NCBI GenBank assembly: GCA_052426225.1
Contig: JBNJNM010000012.1
Coordinates: 620,001 to 684,000, forward strand
Origin: Zancudomyces culisetae HAW-14-8
Lineage: Eukaryota; Fungi; Kickxellomycota
DNA length: 64,000 nt
Reading direction: 5' to 3'
The notes beneath the pieces were generated by a model, which saw only the letters and a program-made list of their open reading frames with translations, made no database searches and was not told where the DNA came from. The stretch's first letter is position 1. Every line of letters begins with the position of its first letter. Position numbers and translations under genes: made by a program. Shown here in pieces: positions 56,963 to 64,000 of this stretch.

Positions 56963-59900
56963 CTATTTTTTGGAGGGGCAATCACAAAGAGAATGTAGTA
57001 AGTCGCGGATTCCAGGTGCTGGGTTCTTTGTGGACGCAGTCAATGATGTGTGTGACGGTATTGACGACATGGCGAATTGCCTTTGGACTCCCAAACCAGC
57101 AATAACACCGCTGGCATCGCATTCCCACCGATCTACCAAATCCTCAGCGCATCGGAGCCTGGCAAGTTTCTGGGTAGGTCCATAGCCGACAGAGAGGATA
57201 TTCGAGTCGTCGTGTACAGTAAGCGTAACAACAGAGTAAGTTTGGTACGTTCGGAGCAGGTATTCCTTTTCATTAAGAAACTTGTCGTTGGTAGCTTTGC
57301 TGTATTGTTTTTTATCCGCATTATTGTCATTAGAGTCATTAGAGTCATTATTAGAGCTAGCATTGGAGTTGAATTTGGCAGAGTTTTGAATCTTGGCTTT
57401 AATATTATATAACAACAATTTTACAATGGTCGAGTTGTAGTCTAACCCAGACTCACCAATATTAAACGTAGAGAATCCGTATGCGCAGCAGCCTTTTGCT
57501 TGGACCAACAGTGTCGATTGGATAATTGGGTTCAGGGTGATTTGATGCATGCCCATAATAAATCTGTCGAGGAATGGAACGATCAAATGCTCAAACAGCT
57601 TGGTGACAGAATCTACCGAAAAACCACTATCTGTATACACAGCGCCAAATATCGACTCTGTAAGATCGCCCAGAACTTTGGGCGCTGGAATAAGTTTCCA
57701 TGCCTCTGGTGGCAAATCCAGCCATTTTGGTACGTCCGTTTCTCCGACGCTCGTATCATGTACACCGTTTATGTACTCGGAATGGCCGTTACCATTGTTA
57801 TCACTATCACTATCACTATCACTGCTACTGCTACTACCATAGCCAATGTCTGAATTGGTGTACGAGTCCGATCGTTTTTTGTACAGCTCAGCGACCTGCT
57901 CAATGCAACTACAATAGACTCTGATTTCACGATCCAAAATATCATTATTGTACTCTAGAAATGCCACCAGATTGTGTCGTTGCGCGATTAATCCCAGAAC
58001 ATCATTGCTAACCGCAACATGTTTGGCAAGTGTAATCTGGTGGGGAGTCAGCGGTGCGGTGTACCGGAATTCGTCAAAGTAGTACCGTGTAGTCAAAAAT
58101 GCCAGAACAGAGTCGCCCAGAAACTCAAGCCGCTGATATGATGGTGCTTTAGATGTCGAAATAGATGCATGCGTAGTCGCTTCTATTGCCAGGCTTGGAT
58201 CCTTAAATCTATATTCGATGATACGCTGTAGTTTCTCAACCTTTGACGTTATGTATTGCAAATACGGATCATTCCCAAACCAAGTATTAATGCTTGGCTG
58301 TTCGTTAAAGCCGGCTTGTCGTTGGGTACGTTTTTTCTTGTATTTATGGACTGTTTGAGAATATGATAAGCTCATGTCCTCCCAGACATTCCACTCTTTT
58401 TTAACCAACCCTAATTTTTTTGCTGTAATAAATGCAGCGTGCTCCCGGCCCATCTTGTAAGCAGCTCCCAAGATAGACTCTACCAGATCGGCCTGGGCTT
58501 TGTTAGATATCTTGGCAAACTCAGGGTTCTTGTGTCTTAGTGGATAGTGTTGTTTGTGAAGTGGTGAGGGCTTTTTGAATATTTTTTCCACTGGCGGAGG
58601 TTTGTGTCTGAAAAACAGGTAAAACGGTTTTGGACGAGAAATCGTAGAAATGGCCTGTATTTCCGCCAGGGTTATTTCCACTGCCTCTGAATCACTTTCC
58701 TCATCTGAGCTTGTGAGATAATCATTGCAAACGCCAGTTTGTAGTTCTCCAAACTCTTTATCACGGCTACGGTCTAACTCAATCATGCTTTTATTTACAA
58801 TTGTTTTTCGCTTGTCACTCCTTTTTGCGTTTGAGTTGCTCGTTGCTGATCTGAATAAGTCCAGGCTCATATCGATTACTGCCTCATCACCATCGTTATC
58901 AGAGCTGTTCAACTCGTCTAATACCGATTTGTTCTTGATCTTGTCCGCGTTTGAGTATCTTATAAGGTCGCTTAGTGAGATCTCCTCTGCGGAGCTGCCA
59001 TCCGAATAATCTTCGTAGTGAGCATCAACCAATTCCTCCAATGCTTTTGATCTACCAAAGTAGGTGCGAGGAAGCGGTTTGGAGGCTGAAGAAAGTTTTC
59101 TAAGAGATCTGTCATACGTAGGCGCATAATCATATAAGGAAATGGGTGTGGGTTTTAATCGCGACATTGATTTGAGGTCGAGGGCAGTAATTAACTTTTT
59201 GTTATAGCACACGTTTGTGTTGTTCTCGCCAATCATCTTTCTCTTGTTGTTTATTTGTGACAGTAGGTTGTTCTTTCTCTCGTATTCCCTATGCTCCTCG
59301 ATAGCACACATGCATTCAGTTTCCAAAAACTCAGGCGAGACAGAAGTGTCATCTCTGTAGCTCAGATATGTGGCAGGACAGCCTCGCATGTAGTTCCAAG
59401 GCTGTGAGTTAAACGGAATCATTCTAGGCAGCGGATAATGTGCTTTACGCCACCCGGGACCTGGAGGGAAAAAAGTCTTTTTCTGCATTGAAAGGGGAAC
59501 AACTCCAAAATAGAGCCCGCTCCGCTTACATAACTTGGATAAAGTTTCGTTACTAACGAGTAAACTTATGTAGGAGCTCAAAACACCTTCATGCGATACA
59601 AGTGGGACGAGCCCAGCAAATAGCTGGGTGGCCATAATCAGCCTTAGAACACAGTCGCCCAGAATCTCTAGCCGCTGGTAGTTTACATCTTCGTTGGAAA
59701 TAGACATTGTGAGTGCGGCTCTTAGTAGCCAACCTGGCAGTAGATTCAGATGAGAATAGTTGCTGGATACCCGAAGTTTAATATTAGACTTTAGTTGTTC
59801 AAGCCACTCCACATCTTGTAGTGTTCCTTCCACGCCTCCCTGCAAAAACATTTTTCTCATTCTCGAATCTTCCATCTTCCTTTGTGTTTGTTGCCCAACC

Positions 59901-62900
59901 ATATCGGTATATATATGCGAATACAGCTTTTTGAGATCAAAATAAACGTCCTCATTTTTAGTGTGTACGTCGTATACACTACCGAGTTGTTCTTCCCCAA
60001 CGTTTTCAGCAGAGTCAGCTAAACCAAACTCATCCGAGGCATTGTAGTTGGTTGCTTCTGTTTGCGTTTGCGTTTGCGTTTGCGCTTGAGGTGTTGTTTG
60101 ATCAGCAAACTCAACAGAATTTGGATAAATCGGTAGGTCCAATGATGTGCTCAGATCATTGTGGATCAGCGTGTTATTCAGTCTTGTCATTAGCGATGGG
60201 ATTACAGAAAGTTTATAAATCTGGCGTACTGACCAAGGAAGCACCTGAGTCATCATTGGAACGGCAATAATCTTTTCAAATCCCCTGACCGCGCTAGAAA
60301 ACCTCCGCTCTTCCATTTTTGCCGATATAAACTTTTTTTTACCATCACTCAGCTCTTCGCTGTCATTAATTTCCATCTCTTGCAAAATCTTCTGATATCT
60401 CAAGGCATCGCTATCTGTCAATGACAGATCAACGTCCGAAGACAACGATTCATAAGATTTCATATCATCTATAAACGCTGCACTGCGAAAGTAATCTAAT
60501 GAAACGTTTATAGTGGGTGCATACACTAGCGGTGTATTTGCAAGAAGATAATATTCAAGGTCTCTGTACAGTAGTTGCCGGTGGTTCAGGTGATCTAGTA
60601 AGCGGATTTCTCGGGCATTTGGACCAATGCTTTTTATCAGCTTTTTGATTCCCCGGATAAACTCACCGTTGTAATACGATACTCTTTCCACTTGTGGATC
60701 AGCAGAGGTGTCTACAGACATATCGGGACTGGCATTCGCTGACTTATCATACCGGTTACCATCTGCTACTTTCTCTGCCGCCTTTGCAATATCTAAAACG
60801 GAGCTTGTGACAGTGACGTCATGCAGCACAGCCTGAAGTTTGTGGATTGAATATCCGTCTGTCTCCGACATAACTGCATATTTTTCAGCCAGCTCTTCCC
60901 ATTGTTCGACTGGGTAGTCGGAAAGTTTCATTGGTTTTTCATTGATTCTGATCATCAACATCCAGTCAATATCTTTCTTGGTAAAGAAAGGCATTTTTGT
61001 AGTTTTTTGTAAAAATTCTTTGTGTGTAGATACACATGTGTCTGGTTTTGTACATGCGGCTGCAAACACGTTCATCATTCTACTTTTGAATATACGATTT
61101 GTTTTTTGCATAAACTCTTTCGTGGGATATCCAAATGAATAGCTTGCCGAACTTGGCGAGTATCGCATCTCAGTAGAAAAGAGGAGTGAAAATATGGCAC
61201 TTGTAAATATCACTGATGTCTCCCACTCCATGCGGGATAGCGTCACTTTGTTATCTAAATAACAAGACTCTTGTTCAAACAAAGCTCCGCCTGTGCCCGC
61301 TTGGATCTGGTTCACAGGAAGCGGATCAAACTTGTAAAAGATTGGAGTGGAAATCATGTTGATGTACAAAGGTATCAAAACATCCGGTGGTAAAGGGTTT
61401 CTACAAAACACTAGCAGTTGCGTTAATTCGTCATTTTGTTCAGCTTCTTCGAAGGGTTGTACTTTAAAATATGTCGGATTCAAATAGTCATCATTAGTAT
61501 ACGCTTTAACCGGGTATTCGAGGTCTACAATGTATACATACACCGAAACAAAGTCACTAATATTTTTAATATGTGGTGCTCGTCTATTTCCTGTATTAAG
61601 CGGAGTTATTTGCCAAGTGACTGGCTCAGCAACCATATACACTACCGCGCCATTTTCATATTTAAACTTTGGTTTGGCGTTCCTGGTGGTAGCACCATTC
61701 TTCTCACAGTTGTCATTTTCCTTGTTATTGATGCTAGCATCGCCGAAACTGTTAAGTTTAGTGCTGCAGCTATCGTTATCGTGGGTGCTAGAATTCAGAC
61801 TTTCTTCCTCCGCACATACCAAGCTCCCATTATTGGAATTACCAACATTTGTGCCAGCATCTGAAACATTCTCATTAGAGGATGTAGTGCATCCTAGGAG
61901 TTTGGGCGGATTAAAAGAGTTGAAAACATACTCGCCGTTAAGAATGTTTAAAAGCTCTTCAAATGCATTTTCCAAAATACTCCCCGATGTTACTTGTGTT
62001 TCTGGCGCCTTTTTGACTTCGATGCAACCAAGGTAATCATTTAACGCGCCATAATAGTACAAAACTATAACAGAGTAAAACTGTGCCAACCTCTTTGAAA
62101 GTTTCTGTCCAAGTGTTGTCCATGGCCCAGCTATCATCCTGACTGCCGCATTGGAAGGAAGCGAAACCACTGTTCTATGTCCTAAGCGACTATCTTGTTC
62201 CAGCGTGTAATTGGGAATTGGCTTGATGTAATCGTCTCTTGGTAGACTTTGTATATATTGGATCAGGGTTGCGCTTGCCGAATTAAGTGTCAGCTGCGCC
62301 TCAGTTTCTTCAATTTTATAGTAAATGCCTTTACAGGAGTTATTGTCCTTTGAAAAGTGATTTATACTAATGGCCACTTCTCGAAGTCTATCTCTTATGC
62401 TAGCGTCTAGCTCAAAGTCTGATTCGTATTGCATTTCACCATCAAGCAAGTCCTGACTGGCTTCTGGTACACCTGAACTGTTTACCTGAACCGATAAACT
62501 ACCCACAACCAGGTTTTTTGTATGAGTGCTGTCCAGCAGCCTTCTGTGTTCATCAATAGGTGTTGTGCACCATTGCTTCAGCGTTTCTTCCATGCTAATC
62601 AGCTTATCATAGTGTGCTCTTGTCGCATGGCTAGGCTTGTCTATTTTTCTTTTTGCACTTACAACTATATTCCCCTGCGCATCCTCAGTGTACCCAAGAC
62701 CATCTCCATAAACATCCACTATAAAATTCTCCTTTGAAACCATCAATACGTATTCTGCGTCCACATGCCTGGCCCGCCCCCTAGCCTGAACAAAGCTAGT
62801 CAAGGTATGTGCTGGGTCGAACCTGACGACCACGTTACACCTGGTGATATCAAGCCCTTCTTCTGCTACAGATGTAGCTACCAATAGGTTTATTTCGCCA

Positions 62901-64000
62901 CTCCTAAATTTTTCTAGCACCTGGTTTTGGTTGTTTTGAGAAAATTTCCTATTTCTATCTCCAAAACTTTTTATCGCCCGCAGATCATCCCTTTTTATAT
63001 CTGCAGATATCCCGATAAACGAATCACATGCTATAAAGTCAAAGTCAGCTATGCTTTTTATCAAGTGTGCTAACAACATTGCTGTGGTTCTCCTATTCAC
63101 AAACACTATTCCACCTAAAATTTCTCCATTTTGTGTCATACCAATTGCTTTGCCGTCCACTTCCACTCTGTATTTAATGAGATATTCCAATAGTTTATTA
63201 ACCTTTGGGCTTAGGTCTTTTTTAATCTCGCTCCACTTGTATTTGTGCCCGACTGAACCATCGCAGTCATCGTGAATATCTCCATTATTGGTGAAAGTCG
63301 TATTTGCATGGGAGCTGATATCGATGTCGATATCAATGCCCAGCTCTTTAGCCCTAGCTTGCATCTCGTAGTTCATTTGTTCATTTATGCTATTTGCCAG
63401 TAACATTTTCCTCCATATTTCAGTATTTTCGACGAGTTTGATTGCCTCTGTATATTTAATATACGAATCATCGAATTCCGTATCTTGTTCATCCAATTCT
63501 ATAACTTCTGAGTATACCAATTCCCCCTTAAACGTGTTATAGGGGTTCCTTCCAAATCCAGTCCCGAATTCATATTCAATATCTTTTTTTATCCTCATGG
63601 ACTTTAGCCAGTAGTCACATAGAGACACTATAAACATATTTCCTAAATGTTCACCAAGCTCATGTATAGTATAAAGCGCACTGTTTTGTATAAACTTGAA
63701 CCCTTTTATATCTCTAATAATTTCGAAAACTGTATGCCCCACCCAGTGACTATAATCTTTTGAGTCTACCGTATAATCCAGTATCAAGTACTTTAAGTTT
63801 TTCTTGCAAAAATCTAACGATTGAGATAAGTCTGTTCCATATATATCCGCTCTAAGACTTTGCTCAATCCTCTGTATAGAATCCATGATTGCTTCGTTTG
63901 AGTTTGCTGGAGATGCCGTCATACCATAAACTCTGGGTCGATCATTTTCCTCTGCCAAATCATAAAACTCTCTCATAATCAAACTATACGGTGAGCTTTT
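56963..64000 (-). CDS. Dicer-like RNase III helicase, 5' end beyond the window
   Basis: Frame is open to position 64000. Helicase GMTASP, ATSVAEEGLD, QARGRAR, then a DUF283-like region. RNase IIIa YQRLEILGD...ADLVES and RNase IIIb YQRLEFLGD...GDLTES, C-terminal dsRBD-like region. Confidence 0.95.
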   Translation of the reverse strand, partial: KSSPYSLIMREFYDLAEENDRPRVYGMTASPANSNEAIMDSIQRIEQSLRADIYGTDLSQSLDFCKKNLKYLILDYTVDSKDYSHWVGHTVFEIIRDIKGFKFIQNSALYTIHELGEHLGNMFIVSLCDYWLKSMRIKKDIEYEFGTGFGRNPYNTFKGELVYSEVIELDEQDTEFDDSYIKYTEAIKLVENTEIWRKMLLANSINEQMNYEMQARAKELGIDIDIDISSHANTTFTNNGDIHDDCDGSVGHKYKWSEIKKDLSPKVNKLLEYLIKYRVEVDGKAIGMTQNGEILGGIVFVNRRTTAMLLAHLIKSIADFDFIACDSFIGISADIKRDDLRAIKSFGDRNRKFSQNNQNQVLEKFRSGEINLLVATSVAEEGLDITRCNVVVRFDPAHTLTSFVQARGRARHVDAEYVLMVSKENFIVDVYGDGLGYTEDAQGNIVVSAKRKIDKPSHATRAHYDKLISMEETLKQWCTTPIDEHRRLLDSTHTKNLVVGSLSVQVNSSGVPEASQDLLDGEMQYESDFELDASIRDRLREVAISINHFSKDNNSCKGIYYKIEETEAQLTLNSASATLIQYIQSLPRDDYIKPIPNYTLEQDSRLGHRTVVSLPSNAAVRMIAGPWTTLGQKLSKRLAQFYSVIVLYYYGALNDYLGCIEVKKAPETQVTSGSILENAFEELLNILNGEYVFNSFNPPKLLGCTTSSNENVSDAGTNVGNSNNGSLVCAEEESLNSSTHDNDSCSTKLNSFGDASINNKENDNCEKNGATTRNAKPKFKYENGAVVYMVAEPVTWQITPLNTGNRRAPHIKNISDFVSVYVYIVDLEYPVKAYTNDDYLNPTYFKVQPFEEAEQNDELTQLLVFCRNPLPPDVLIPLYINMISTPIFYKFDPLPVNQIQAGTGGALFEQESCYLDNKVTLSRMEWETSVIFTSAIFSLLFSTEMRYSPSSASYSFGYPTKEFMQKTNRIFKSRMMNVFAAACTKPDTCVSTHKEFLQKTTKMPFFTKKDIDWMLMIRINEKPMKLSDYPVEQWEELAEKYAVMSETDGYSIHKLQAVLHDVTVTSSVLDIAKAAEKVADGNRYDKSANASPDMSVDTSADPQVERVSYYNGEFIRGIKKLIKSIGPNAREIRLLDHLNHRQLLYRDLEYYLLANTPLVYAPTINVSLDYFRSAAFIDDMKSYESLSSDVDLSLTDSDALRYQKILQEMEINDSEELSDGKKKFISAKMEERRFSSAVRGFEKIIAVPMMTQVLPWSVRQIYKLSVIPSLMTRLNNTLIHNDLSTSLDLPIYPNSVEFADQTTPQAQTQTQTQTEATNYNASDEFGLADSAENVGEEQLGSVYDVHTKNEDVYFDLKKLYSHIYTDMVGQQTQRKMEDSRMRKMFLQGGVEGTLQDVEWLEQLKSNIKLRVSSNYSHLNLLPGWLLRAALTMSISNEDVNYQRLEILGDCVLRLIMATQLFAGLVPLVSHEGVLSSYISLLVSNETLSKLCKRSGLYFGVVPLSMQKKTFFPPGPGWRKAHYPLPRMIPFNSQPWNYMRGCPATYLSYRDDTSVSPEFLETECMCAIEEHREYERKNNLLSQINNKRKMIGENNTNVCYNKKLITALDLKSMSRLKPTPISLYDYAPTYDRSLRKLSSASKPLPRTYFGRSKALEELVDAHYEDYSDGSSAEEISLSDLIRYSNADKIKNKSVLDELNSSDNDGDEAVIDMSLDLFRSATSNSNAKRSDKRKTIVNKSMIELDRSRDKEFGELQTGVCNDYLTSSDEESDSEAVEITLAEIQAISTISRPKPFYLFFRHKPPPVEKIFKKPSPLHKQHYPLRHKNPEFAKISNKAQADLVESILGAAYKMGREHAAFITAKKLGLVKKEWNVWEDMSLSYSQTVHKYKKKRTQRQAGFNEQPSINTWFGNDPYLQYITSKVEKLQRIIEYRFKDPSLAIEATTHASISTSKAPSYQRLEFLGDSVLAFLTTRYYFDEFRYTAPLTPHQITLAKHVAVSNDVLGLIAQRHNLVAFLEYNNDILDREIRVYCSCIEQVAELYKKRSDSYTNSDIGYGSSSSSDSDSDSDNNGNGHSEYINGVHDTSVGETDVPKWLDLPPEAWKLIPAPKVLGDLTESIFGAVYTDSGFSVDSVTKLFEHLIVPFLDRFIMGMHQITLNPIIQSTLLVQAKGCCAYGFSTFNIGESGLDYNSTIVKLLLYNIKAKIQNSAKFNSNASSNNDSNDSNDNNADKKQYSKATNDKFLNEKEYLLRTYQTYSVVTLTVHDDSNILSVGYGPTQKLARLRCAEDLVDRWECDASGVIAGLGVQRQFAMSSIPSHTSLTASTKNPAPGIRDLLHSLCDCPSKK

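Overview
Eukaryotic, AT-rich fungal genomic DNA with short GT-AG introns and the standard genetic code. The gene set resembles an early-diverging fungus, possibly a Harpellales-type lineage (inference only). The window has two domains. (1) ~1-13.7 kb is a nest of Ty3/Gypsy retroelements. A 5'-truncated non-chromovirus element (A, + strand) has its 3' LTR split by a complete, young chromovirus (B, - strand; 172-bp LTRs differing at 1 nt; 5-bp TSD). Several solo LTRs follow, including an inverted copy of LTR-A. The nest ends ~320 bp upstream of a tRNA-Arg(ACG) gene. (2) ~17-64 kb is gene-dense: rhomboid protease, GON4L/DUO3-like Myb protein, CHK2-like FHA kinase, COQ5, SWP1, p24, cullin-1, Ecm33-like protein, GH18 chitinase, SWD2/WDR82, a secreted kelch protein, an HSL-family esterase, an Ale1-like MBOAT, SNM1/PSO2 and a large Dicer (5'-truncated). 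The strongest signals are in the retroelements. Element B has a tRNA-independent self-priming PBS coupled to a conserved LTR hairpin, a GGGAAAC -1 frameshift with an H-type pseudoknot, and a ~290-aa extra repeat/NLS module between protease and RT. LTR-A carries a 98-codon ORF that runs in frame off the LTR end and is built from a chain of hairpins.
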